The notes under the pieces: model-generated | Seen by the model: the letters and a program-made list of their open reading frames with translations, nothing else | Database searches by the model: none | What the model was told of the DNA's origin: nothing | Position numbers and translations under genes: made by a program | Assembly: GCA_002841695.1 (NCBI GenBank) | Contig: PHAN01000002.1 | Location: 90,807 to 154,806 of the forward strand | DNA from: Elusimicrobia bacterium HGW-Elusimicrobia-1 | GTDB lineage: Bacteria; Elusimicrobiota; Endomicrobiia; PHAN01 | Direction of reading: 5' to 3' | DNA: 64,000 nt | In this document: piece by piece, positions 9,539 to 18,018 of the stretch | How positions within the stretch are numbered: the first letter of the stretch is position 1 | Layout: each line of letters opens with the position of its first letter

Positions 9539-12215
9539 ATTACGCCCGTGTAGTGTAGGGATTTATGCCCGTAACAAATTTGCGTATTTACGCCCACAAG
9601 GGGCTACATTGCATACGTATTTACGCCCGCAAGGGGCTACACTACTGTTATTATTTATTTGCAATTTGCTTTATGCTCTTGAAATCGGAACTCCTGCGGG
9701 TGAGACGGGCGGCTTTGCGACGCAGCAGAAACATTTTTACGGCGACTATCTTTCGTCGGGCTCGCCTTCGGACTCCGTTTGGAGTTCGTCGGCGGCGATG
9801 ACACGCGAGGCGCTCGCCGACGGCACGACGATATACTTCGCGGACATTCCGGTAACGGCGGGCAACACCTTTTACTACTATTTTAAAACTCAATCGTCGG
9901 GCGAGCAAAAAACGCCGGTATACAGAACTATCTACGTCAGCAGTTCGAATCCCGGCGAAATTATCGTCGACGGAACGGCGTATCCGGCGGCGGGTCTCGT
10001 TGCGGCGGCTACGGTCTGGCACAACTTCTCGGACGCTCCGCCGCCTCCGGCCAATCTCACTTCTTTCTGGTCAGCCGCCAACGACTTCGTATCTCTTGAA
10101 TGGGACAACCCGCTTTTCGACGGAACCGCTGTTTTCGATCTTACGGGCGGAGGCGGTTATGAGATATGGCGCTCAAGCGTATCGTTTTCCGACGGTATGG
10201 CCGTGATATCTTCCGTCACGGCGATTTTAAGCCGCATGAGTTTTCCTGATTCGTCCGTCGAGGCGGGCGCGACTTATTATTACCGCGTCCGCGCCTACGA
10301 CGCGTATCTTCCGCCAATGCTTTCGTCTCCCGCGCAAACTTCGCCCGCATCGAAAAGAAATTACGTCACGGTTGCCCTCGAGGTCGACGTATTCGCGCTA
10401 TCGGGAGTAACCGGGGTTTCCGTTATCGGAGATTTCACCTCGCCGCCGTTTTACAAAGGCCGTCTGAGTATGGATTACGCCGGCGGCGGCAAATGGCGGC
10501 TCGAACACGCCGACGCTTCGCTTTACTCCGGAGCGCTCATCAAATACAAATATCTCGTCAACGGCGAACTTTATGAACCCGATCTGCCGCCTGCGCTCGG
10601 AGGGCCGTACAGAAATGTCGCGATAAAGGATGAGGGTTCGCGCAGAATGACTATTAAAGACGTCTGGTCGGTCTGGACTCCGACGGGAACGCCGTCGAAC
10701 CTGCCGCGGTTTATGACGGCTTTTTCCGCCGAGCCGTCCGCCGGCGCCGTCAAAATCACATGGGACTGCGACCCCTTTTCGACGGGCACTCTTCTGGGTT
10801 ACGCACTTGAGCGCTCGTCGTTCGCCGCCGGCGGTTATTCCGTAATATCTTCGCCGGATATCCTGGGCCCCGCGACATTCTACTACTCGGACGTCCTCGC
10901 CGACGGCTCGACGGCTTTCTACAGGATCGCCGCCGTATCCTCGTCGGGACAATGGTCGGAGTTCTCCGATGCCGTAAAGGCCAATCCTCCGTCCGTCGGG
11001 GAATCTCTGCCGCGATACAATCCCGCCGCCCAAGAGGTTTTCGCGGCGGGCGATTTTATTTGCGATATCGGTAATCTGACGGGTGAAGTCATACTTGCGT
11101 GGAATGCCGCGTCTCATGACGCGGCCTACGGCGCGGCGAGCGCATACATTGTCAAATACGCGACATTCCCGATAATCGGCGCCGATTCTTTTCATCGCGC
11201 AAAGACCGCCGGCGCGGCGCGCGGTTTGCCGTTGGGCGCGACGGGGCGTCTGACGACTTTGAACCTCGGCGGGGACTGCCCGGGTTTTTACTTTGCGGTC
11301 TGCGCGGTCTACGGCTCGTGGCACGTCGTGGGATTTTCAACTTCCGTCGTGGCGGTAGCCCCCAAGGCCTTCGACGCCAAGGATGGCGGCCTCGTCGTCA
11401 AAACGTTGCGTTTCGCGGGATCCTCGCCGGAGGCGCCGAGCGTGGCGGCGATGGAGTTTCCGCCGGGTGCGCTTCAACAGGGCGAATATCTCGGAGTCAT
11501 AAAAAATCTCGGGGAATTACGGCTCGACGGATCGGTCGCGGCCAAGATAGACGCGGCCAATTCACTCGCCTCGCGTGATGCCAGATTCGGCTATGTCGCG
11601 GATAACGAGAACCTTGCGTCGTCGAGCGTTTTCGCTTTCGATCTTTACGATTCGGCGAAAAACGATTACTTTAATCCCGTCGCCGGCAGAAGAGCGCGCA
11701 AAGACATAGTCGTCTCGCTGTCTTACGCAGGGCTGTCCATTGTGCCGGAGGAGTTGAAAGTCGCGCGCCTCAACGAAAAAAACGATTTCTGGCGGATACT
11801 GAAAGATATCAAACCCGATATAGACCGCGACGCCAAGCTCATAAAGTTCAAAACTAAGGAACTCTCGGTCTACGCACTCTTTCGCGCGCCGGCTCCCGCC
11901 GCCGATCTTTCGAACGTAGCGGTTTATCCGAACCCCTTCAAGCCGCACGACGGCTTACGCGAAACGGGCGACTATTCGACGGGAATCAGATTCACCAACC
12001 TCACACGGAACGCGGATATCAGGATTTATAATATAGCCGGCGAATTGGTCAGATACAAAGGGCTTGAAGCCGACGAGATCGGAGAGTGCCGCTGGGACGC
12101 CATGAACGACGACGGTGAACGCGTCGCAAGCGGCGTTTACATTTTCATTGCGAAAGATGAAAGCGTCAAGGTCGGCAAAAACCATTTCACAGGAAAAGTG
12201 GGAATTGTAAGATAA
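9528..12215 (+). CDS. Large FN3-containing surface protein with C-terminal FlgD-Ig/T9SS-like sorting domain (start codon uncertain; N-terminus encoded by REP sequence)
   Basis: 895-aa ORF; FN3 signature ATYYYRVRAYD; C-terminus AVYPNPFKP...IRIYNIAGELVRY...WDAMNDDGERVASGVYIFIAKD...GKVGIVR. Confidence 0.7.
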   Translation: MNFKLRPCSVGIYARNKFAYLRPQGATLHTYLRPQGATLLLLFICNLLYALEIGTPAGETGGFATQQKHFYGDYLSSGSPSDSVWSSSAAMTREALADGTTIYFADIPVTAGNTFYYYFKTQSSGEQKTPVYRTIYVSSSNPGEIIVDGTAYPAAGLVAAATVWHNFSDAPPPPANLTSFWSAANDFVSLEWDNPLFDGTAVFDLTGGGGYEIWRSSVSFSDGMAVISSVTAILSRMSFPDSSVEAGATYYYRVRAYDAYLPPMLSSPAQTSPASKRNYVTVALEVDVFALSGVTGVSVIGDFTSPPFYKGRLSMDYAGGGKWRLEHADASLYSGALIKYKYLVNGELYEPDLPPALGGPYRNVAIKDEGSRRMTIKDVWSVWTPTGTPSNLPRFMTAFSAEPSAGAVKITWDCDPFSTGTLLGYALERSSFAAGGYSVISSPDILGPATFYYSDVLADGSTAFYRIAAVSSSGQWSEFSDAVKANPPSVGESLPRYNPAAQEVFAAGDFICDIGNLTGEVILAWNAASHDAAYGAASAYIVKYATFPIIGADSFHRAKTAGAARGLPLGATGRLTTLNLGGDCPGFYFAVCAVYGSWHVVGFSTSVVAVAPKAFDAKDGGLVVKTLRFAGSSPEAPSVAAMEFPPGALQQGEYLGVIKNLGELRLDGSVAAKIDAANSLASRDARFGYVADNENLASSSVFAFDLYDSAKNDYFNPVAGRRARKDIVVSLSYAGLSIVPEELKVARLNEKNDFWRILKDIKPDIDRDAKLIKFKTKELSVYALFRAPAPAADLSNVAVYPNPFKPHDGLRETGDYSTGIRFTNLTRNADIRIYNIAGELVRYKGLEADEIGECRWDAMNDDGERVASGVYIFIAKDESVKVGKNHFTGKVGIVR

Positions 12216-12257
12216 AGTGGTCAGTGGATAGTGGTTAGTAAATAAAACGGATAATAT

Positions 12258-13250
12258 ATGAGAAAATTGTGTCTTTCGACTAGTGTTTCGACGGCAACTC
12301 GCGGACGAGGACGGCCCCTGCGACGGATTGCCCTTGTCCTTGCCTTTACTATCCACTATACACTGACCACTAACCACTCTCTACACGCCGCCGGCACGAC
12401 ATCCGCGACTTTTCTTAAACTCGGTGTCGGGGCGAGACCGGTGGGGATGGCCTCGGCGTTCGCAGGCGTGGCCGACGACGTCAACTCCGTCGCATGGAAC
12501 CCTGCGGGGCTCGCCTCAGTCGACGCGAAAGAATTTTCGTTTATGCATCTTGAACATTTTCAGGACGTGCGCTACGATTCGCTGTGCTATGCTCATCCTA
12601 TGAAAAAAACGGTCGTCGCATTCGGCTTTGGCTATCTGTATACCGACGAGATAACAAGGACTTTCATAGACGACGATGTTTATGCGGGTTTTCGCGCGCA
12701 GGGAGATTACCGGCTCCAGGATAGGACGTTTTTTGTTGCGGCGGCAAGACGAATCTCCGATGATAAGGCCGTCGGAGCGCTCGTCAGGTGGCTTTCGGAG
12801 AGGATAGAAGATAATGAAGCGACGGGGCTCGCCGCCGACGTCGGATATCTTCATCTCGTGACGGACCGTCTCGCGTTCGGTTTGTCCGTCCAGAATATCG
12901 GCGGGACGATAAGATTCATCGCGGCCGACGAAATGCTGCCGCTGACTTTTCGCGCGGGCTTCGGATATGACGTTGTCGCCGGAAAACTCAAACTCGCGCT
13001 CGACTTCGTCAAGCCCGTCGACTATCAACTTTCGATCAATCTCGGCGCCGAGTACAGGGCGTTTGACGCGCTCGCCGTCAGAGGCGGATGGAGCTTCAAA
13101 GATTTGTTCTACGACGACCGGCTTAACGGAACATCCGGCGCGGCTCTGGGGATGGGGTTTTCTTTTCACAATTATTCTCTTGACTACGCTTTCGCGCCTT
13201 ATGGAGAGCTCGGTTATTCTCACAGAATATCGTTCGGGGGAAAGTTTTGA
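12258..13250 (+). CDS. Beta-barrel outer-membrane protein, PorV/PorQ- or PorP/SprF-like
   Basis: N-terminal motif LKLGVGARPVGMASAFAGVADDVNSVAWNPAGLA; alternating beta-strand-like pattern; C-terminal ...ISFGGKF (terminal Phe). Confidence 0.6.
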   Translation: MRKLCLSTSVSTATRGRGRPLRRIALVLAFTIHYTLTTNHSLHAAGTTSATFLKLGVGARPVGMASAFAGVADDVNSVAWNPAGLASVDAKEFSFMHLEHFQDVRYDSLCYAHPMKKTVVAFGFGYLYTDEITRTFIDDDVYAGFRAQGDYRLQDRTFFVAAARRISDDKAVGALVRWLSERIEDNEATGLAADVGYLHLVTDRLAFGLSVQNIGGTIRFIAADEMLPLTFRAGFGYDVVAGKLKLALDFVKPVDYQLSINLGAEYRAFDALAVRGGWSFKDLFYDDRLNGTSGAALGMGFSFHNYSLDYAFAPYGELGYSHRISFGGKF

Positions 13251-13254
13251 AAAA

Positions 13255-13425
13255 GCAGGGTTTAGAAAGACAGGGTTTAGGGCATAGGGTCTAGGGTTTA
13301 GTAAAATGAATAAAAAACAGAGTATAAAAAAGACAGGGTTTAGGGTTCAGGGTTTAGGGGTTAGGTTTTTTTTCTTTTTTCTTTTTTCTATTTTCTATCC
13401 CCTAACCCATAGACCCTATACCCTG
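13255..13425. repeat. Leader palindrome P3 built from GGGTTTAGGG-type units; contains start codon and signal-peptide coding region of 13306..15414
   Basis: cagggtttagggcatagggtctagggtttag ... cagggtttagggttcagggtttaggggttagg ... ctatcccctaacccatagaccctataccctg; near-identical copy at 22629-22772. Confidence 0.75.
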
Positions 13426-15414
13426 CTTTATGCTACAACCCCCCACACAATTGCTATCGACGGCAACATCGCCGAATGGCGCAAAGACGAGTTGATTTAC
13501 GACGACTCCTGGAACGACTCTCCGTGGGGCGCGCAAAATGAAATCCACCGATTGTACGCCACATGGGACGACTCGGCTTTGTACCTTGGAGTATCGGGCG
13601 TTCAGAAGGACGGCAACAACCTTATCGTCTACATAGACACATCCCCGCTCGACGGAATCGCGGACGCCTCCCTTCTGAAAGATCCGGGTAATCCCTCGGG
13701 GATGTGGTGGTGGCGCAGAGGGAATAAATTCGCCCACGGCTTCAGACCGGATTTTCAGTGGCATCTTTACGAGATGAAACTGGATCCCGCGGATGGCCAC
13801 GGATTTTTCCGGCTCTATCCCGACGATACGACCGCGAATCTCAACGGCTCCGTCGCGCAGAAGGCCTCCGGCGGGGGCGCGGGCAATATCGGTTACGCCG
13901 AGATAAAGATACCGTGGCAGATTTTATTCGGCGCGGCATCTTTCCCGTCGGGAGAGGAAATCAGAATCGCGGCGGCTGTCACGGGCGGTATGGATACGCG
14001 AGGCACGCTCGATTCTTCCGACGATCTTTTCGGCTCGGCGCGCGACACGATACCCGACCAAAAGGCGGTTTTCCCCGAAGTATGGCACGATTCTTCTACG
14101 ATAGACACGTGGCTCGCTCTGAATCTTTCGGGAACCTCCGGCGACCGGTCGCCGGTGCCGCGCTCGCTCGTCTTAACTCCGCAAAGTCCGTTCGATGCGA
14201 AGGTTTCCTGGCAGACGCGCGGGATCATCGAAAGCAATCTCGACGAATACCGGCTGTATTACGCCCAAGACGGAACCGACGGGCGTTACGTCCGCGCGGC
14301 ATCGACGGAGACGTCCGCCGCGATAGAAGGCCTCGTCGCGGGTGCGACCTATCATTTTTTTCTGAGGGCGGTATATTCGGGCGAGGGGGAAGGCGGTTGT
14401 TCTGAAACGTTGGTTTCGCGGCTGCTGCGCCCTTCGCTCGCGCATTCGGCGCAAAGTGTATTTTGCTTTCCCGGTAAAATCCTCGATATTGAAGTCGAAT
14501 CCTCCGCCGCGCCGTCGGCGGTTGCGTTGCGCTATTTGTTTGACTCTGAAAATGTCTGGCGCACGTCGGCGATGAACATCGCCGGATCCAAGGCCTCATA
14601 CGCTCTTTGGCTGCCTTCAATCCCGGCCACACTGAAATATTATTTCGAAATAACGGACTCGGCCGGCACTCATCTTCTGCCCGCCTCGGCGCCGGCCTTC
14701 TCGTATGCCGTAAAGATAGAGTCGCGCGGTTCGGCGTACGCGCCGCTCTCGACGCAAACTTCGACGCTCGATTTCGGGGGAGGAGTCCTGATGGAAATAC
14801 CGCCGGACGGGCTCTCGACCGCGACGACCATCTATTTCGAATATTCATCGTCGAACGGCGATCTTTACGGCGACGGCGGACTCAGAGCGCTCGCGTATTA
14901 CGATTTTTACGCGCTTGATAGAAGCGGCAGCCGCGTCGGAGTGGTTTTCGAAAAGCCCGCGTTGATTAAGCTCAGATATTTCGACGACGACATCGCCGGC
15001 GTATCCGAATATGAGCTTTCCGTCGGGCGCATAGCCGGCGCAAGAAACGTGGCGCTCAAAGGAACGGTTTCCGCGGCCGAAAATAAAATATCTTTCGAGA
15101 CGTCCCATTTTTCCCGCTTTGCGATTTTTTCAGGAGAGACGGCCGTCTCGCCGATTGCCGGGCCGCTTAAAAAAGTCGTGCGGCCCACATTTAATCCGTC
15201 TCTGGGCGAAGTCGTGGAGTTCGACTGCGAGACGCCGTCGAAGATAGAAATATTCGATATGCGCGGTCGCCTAATCCGGACTTTTGACGGGAACTTCTGG
15301 GACGGCCGCGATTCGCTCGGCTCCAAAACTGCGCCCGGCGTATATCTTTATCGTCTCAGTACGCCCGAGCCGGGAAGAAAGAATATTTACGGCAGTTGTG
15401 TGGTAATCAGGTAA
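13306..15414 (+). CDS. Secreted surface protein with N-terminal CBM9/DOMON-like domain and C-terminal FlgD-Ig/T9SS-like domain
   Basis: 702 aa; N-terminal TIAIDGNIAEW...LYATWDDSALYLGVSGV; C-terminus RPTFNPSLGEVVEF...IEIFDMRGRLIRTF...WDGRDSLGSKTAPGVYLYRL...CVVIR. Confidence 0.7.
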   Translation: MNKKQSIKKTGFRVQGLGVRFFFFFLFSIFYPLTHRPYTLLYATTPHTIAIDGNIAEWRKDELIYDDSWNDSPWGAQNEIHRLYATWDDSALYLGVSGVQKDGNNLIVYIDTSPLDGIADASLLKDPGNPSGMWWWRRGNKFAHGFRPDFQWHLYEMKLDPADGHGFFRLYPDDTTANLNGSVAQKASGGGAGNIGYAEIKIPWQILFGAASFPSGEEIRIAAAVTGGMDTRGTLDSSDDLFGSARDTIPDQKAVFPEVWHDSSTIDTWLALNLSGTSGDRSPVPRSLVLTPQSPFDAKVSWQTRGIIESNLDEYRLYYAQDGTDGRYVRAASTETSAAIEGLVAGATYHFFLRAVYSGEGEGGCSETLVSRLLRPSLAHSAQSVFCFPGKILDIEVESSAAPSAVALRYLFDSENVWRTSAMNIAGSKASYALWLPSIPATLKYYFEITDSAGTHLLPASAPAFSYAVKIESRGSAYAPLSTQTSTLDFGGGVLMEIPPDGLSTATTIYFEYSSSNGDLYGDGGLRALAYYDFYALDRSGSRVGVVFEKPALIKLRYFDDDIAGVSEYELSVGRIAGARNVALKGTVSAAENKISFETSHFSRFAIFSGETAVSPIAGPLKKVVRPTFNPSLGEVVEFDCETPSKIEIFDMRGRLIRTFDGNFWDGRDSLGSKTAPGVYLYRLSTPEPGRKNIYGSCVVIR

Positions 15415-15437
15415 CCGTGTGTTAATCGGATAACAAA

Positions 15438-15620
15438 TTGAGTCAATTGAAAAACCCTTATCACGTCATTCCCGCGAAAGCGGGAATCCAGAGTTTCAGT
15501 CGTAGTATGGATTCGTCCCCGAATGTCTTTATCGGGGATAACAACATTCGGGAATGACCCCCGATAAAAACGTTCGAGGGCAGGCATACGGGAAAAAGGT
15601 TGGTTTTTCAATTGACTCAA
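15438..15620. mobile_element. MITE-like element with terminal inverted repeats and nested internal palindrome
   Basis: TIRs ttgagtcaattgaaaaacc / ggtttttcaattgactcaa; internal gtcattcccgcgaaagcgggaatcc ... cgggaatgac. Confidence 0.7.
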
Positions 15621-15660
15621 ATTAAAAGGTGAAAATATTTACGGTGGCTGGCTCGATAAA

Positions 15661-16623
15661 ATGATGATGACGAAACATTCGTTTGCGCGTCTTCGCGCGG
15701 CGGCATTGGCGGCAGCGGTGCTATGTGTTTGCGCCGCGGCGTCGAGATCCTACGAGCCGGGCGCAAACGCGGCTATTTTATCGTCGGCGGGAGGCGGCGC
15801 CGCCGCGATGTCGGCGCATTATGTCTGGCTCAATCCCGCCGCCGCGGCCTTCGCCGCCGACGGATTTGCGTCGAGCGTCGGCTATAAAAAGTTTTTCGCC
15901 GGGGTTGACACTTCCGCCGCAGAAGGAGTGCCGGGATATATCAGGCCGGACATCTCCGAGACGACGCTCGAAGTTCTCTGTCCGTTCGGCGACGGTCTGA
16001 CGGCCGGCGCGGGATTCTATTCGCTCGGGCTCAAGGATTATTTTTCGCGTCAGAACCTGGTTCTTTACGCCGCATATCCGGTCGGGGGCTCGACCTATTC
16101 CTCGCAGGGCGATCATCTGTCGTCGGATGACCGTATCGTCATAGGCGCCGCGCTCAAACAGGTTTCGATTTCTTATGTCGCGGACGAATATACCTCCGAT
16201 TTTTTCTCCGTGTACTCAGGGCGTAAAAGCGCGCTGACTCTGGACGTCGGGGCGATATATACCGCCGGTCGTCTGCGATTGGGAGTCGTCGGGCGCAATC
16301 TCATTCCAGCGAATCTCGGCATCTATGAAAACGCGCCTGAGGATGTCTCCTTCCTCATCGGCGCGGCGGCGGTCTTCCGGCCATACGAGTTGCGGCTCGA
16401 CTTCGCCGCATCAGGATACAAGGGTTTCACCGAAGCGATACCTTCGGTCGAGATAAAAGCCGGCGCGGCGGATTTTCGTCTGGGCGTCAATTCGTCGCAG
16501 GCGGCCGCCGGCGCGACCCTGCGTTCCGGCGATATTGCCCTGACGGCGGCTTTCATATATCCCTACGTGATATCCGGCGGCTTCGGCGATTTCGCGGCCG
16601 AGTTTTCTTACAGGATAAAATAA
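15661..16623 (+). CDS. Outer-membrane beta-barrel-like protein (divergent member of the same partner family)
   Basis: Signal peptide MMMTKHSFARLRAAALAAAVLCVCAAA; motif MSAHYVWLNPAAAAFAADG; stop overlaps start of next gene. Confidence 0.5.
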   Translation: MMMTKHSFARLRAAALAAAVLCVCAAASRSYEPGANAAILSSAGGGAAAMSAHYVWLNPAAAAFAADGFASSVGYKKFFAGVDTSAAEGVPGYIRPDISETTLEVLCPFGDGLTAGAGFYSLGLKDYFSRQNLVLYAAYPVGGSTYSSQGDHLSSDDRIVIGAALKQVSISYVADEYTSDFFSVYSGRKSALTLDVGAIYTAGRLRLGVVGRNLIPANLGIYENAPEDVSFLIGAAAVFRPYELRLDFAASGYKGFTEAIPSVEIKAGAADFRLGVNSSQAAAGATLRSGDIALTAAFIYPYVISGGFGDFAAEFSYRIK

Positions 16624-18014
16624 TGACAATTTCGGCGAAGGACAAAACCCCGCACACCTTTCTCTTCGGCGCGGAACTCGCCGCCCAGACGGCGGTGTTG
16701 CTGTGGATCGCTCTGGCGCTCGCAGTAGTTTTCGTTTCTCTAAGGGCGCCGCAGCACATAATTCTTGTGTATCCGGCTTCCGTCCTCGTAATTTTTTTGA
16801 GTCACATTTTTTCGGGAACGTCCGTCGCGGCGTCATTGCTGGCTTTTTTTACCATAATCTCTCTCGTCGGCGCGATAGCCGCTTCATCGGTGACGAACAG
16901 GGCGACTTTCATCTCGTCTCTGGCGCTCTCATGGGCGGTGTTTTTCGCGGCGCTGAAATACGCGGCTATAATGGATTCCCGTCGGGCGGCATTCGCGGAA
17001 AAATCGGAAGAGTTTGAGATAGCTCTTAACGAGACGCGGCGGTTTGCGGCGGAGCATTCAGAGACCGCCGCTGCCTGTGAACGCAGGATAGAAAACTATT
17101 CTAAAATGGCCGCGTTTCTGCGCGCGGTGTGCGGCCTTCTTGACGCGGAGGATTTTTTTGCGGCATTGAGCGGCAGGTTCGCCGGCTATCTCGGCGAAGG
17201 CGCGATGCTTTCCTTCCGCTCCGCTCCGCCGGATTTTGTGGCGGCCGCCGGCGGAAGCGCGGGCGCGTTCCATGCGACCGGAGCATTTTTCGTCTCCGCC
17301 GATTCGAGGCGCATAGCCGCGACTTTTCTCGACGAAGTCCCCGGGCGCGAATGGGTTTTGGTCGAAAAAACTTCCCGGGCTCTGACCGACGACGATAAGC
17401 GTTTTCTTTCTTTGGCTCTTGATTTTTCAAGGACGGCGGCGGCAAATGCGATGCTTTACGAAAAAACTCAGAAACTATCCATACTCGATGAACTCACGGG
17501 AGCGTATCTGAGGGGTTACCTTATGGAGCGCTTTGATGAGGAATTTACGCTCGCGCGCGGACACGGCGCTCCCCTTTCGGCGCTTATGTTCGACATCGAT
17601 CATTTCAAGAGCATTAACGACGAACACGGACACACCGTCGGAGATGAAGTGCTAAAAGCCATTGCTCATTCGCTCAGGAGGCGACTGCGCGAGACCGACA
17701 TCCTCGGAAGATACGGGGGGGAAGAGTTTGTCGCCGTAATGCCGCATACGGACTGCGCCGCCGCCCTGGCCGTCGCCCAAGAAGTCCGATCGATGATAGA
17801 ACACGAAAGATTCTTCGCCGGACCGGCGTCCGCGGCTCTCCGTGTGACGGTAAGCGTGGGCGCGGCTTCGATGGAATCGTCCGACGAATCCTGGCAACAA
17901 ATTCTCTCTCGCGCCGACAAGATGCTTTATGCGGCCAAAATATCCGGTCGAAATCGCGTGATGCCGTCGCCGGATAGCGGATCGGGAGCAAAACCCGGCC
18001 CTGATAAAAATTAA
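16623..18014 (+). CDS. Membrane-anchored GGDEF diguanylate cyclase
   Basis: N-terminal hydrophobic segments; GGDEF domain LTGAYLRGYL...FDIDHFKSINDEHGHTVGDEVL...RYGGEEFVAV. Confidence 0.85.
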   Translation: MTISAKDKTPHTFLFGAELAAQTAVLLWIALALAVVFVSLRAPQHIILVYPASVLVIFLSHIFSGTSVAASLLAFFTIISLVGAIAASSVTNRATFISSLALSWAVFFAALKYAAIMDSRRAAFAEKSEEFEIALNETRRFAAEHSETAAACERRIENYSKMAAFLRAVCGLLDAEDFFAALSGRFAGYLGEGAMLSFRSAPPDFVAAAGGSAGAFHATGAFFVSADSRRIAATFLDEVPGREWVLVEKTSRALTDDDKRFLSLALDFSRTAAANAMLYEKTQKLSILDELTGAYLRGYLMERFDEEFTLARGHGAPLSALMFDIDHFKSINDEHGHTVGDEVLKAIAHSLRRRLRETDILGRYGGEEFVAVMPHTDCAAALAVAQEVRSMIEHERFFAGPASAALRVTVSVGAASMESSDESWQQILSRADKMLYAAKISGRNRVMPSPDSGSGAKPGPDKN

Positions 18015-18018
18015 GGAT

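Larger units (their letters stand above)
8848..9645 (+). mobile_element. REP-RAYT unit (REP-associated tyrosine transposase flanked by REP palindromes)
   Basis: AT-rich 459-bp gene embedded between gtagtgtagggg-type palindromes (8848-8906 and 9541-9645); reverse-complement REP copy at 36520-36542. Confidence 0.7.

Noticed and set aside
10398-11324. Long minus-strand ORFs (also 21365-22312, 28164-28949, 36636-37832, 44249-45217, 55373-56005, 62288-63784) as genes
   Set aside because: Arg/Pro-rich low-complexity translations lying fully antisense to well-supported plus-strand genes; typical shadow ORFs of GC-rich DNA.
13255-13425. TTTAGGG-like repeats as telomeric sequence
   Set aside because: Only a few imperfect units arranged as an inverted repeat inside a gene start; bacterial chromosomal context; duplicated at 22629.
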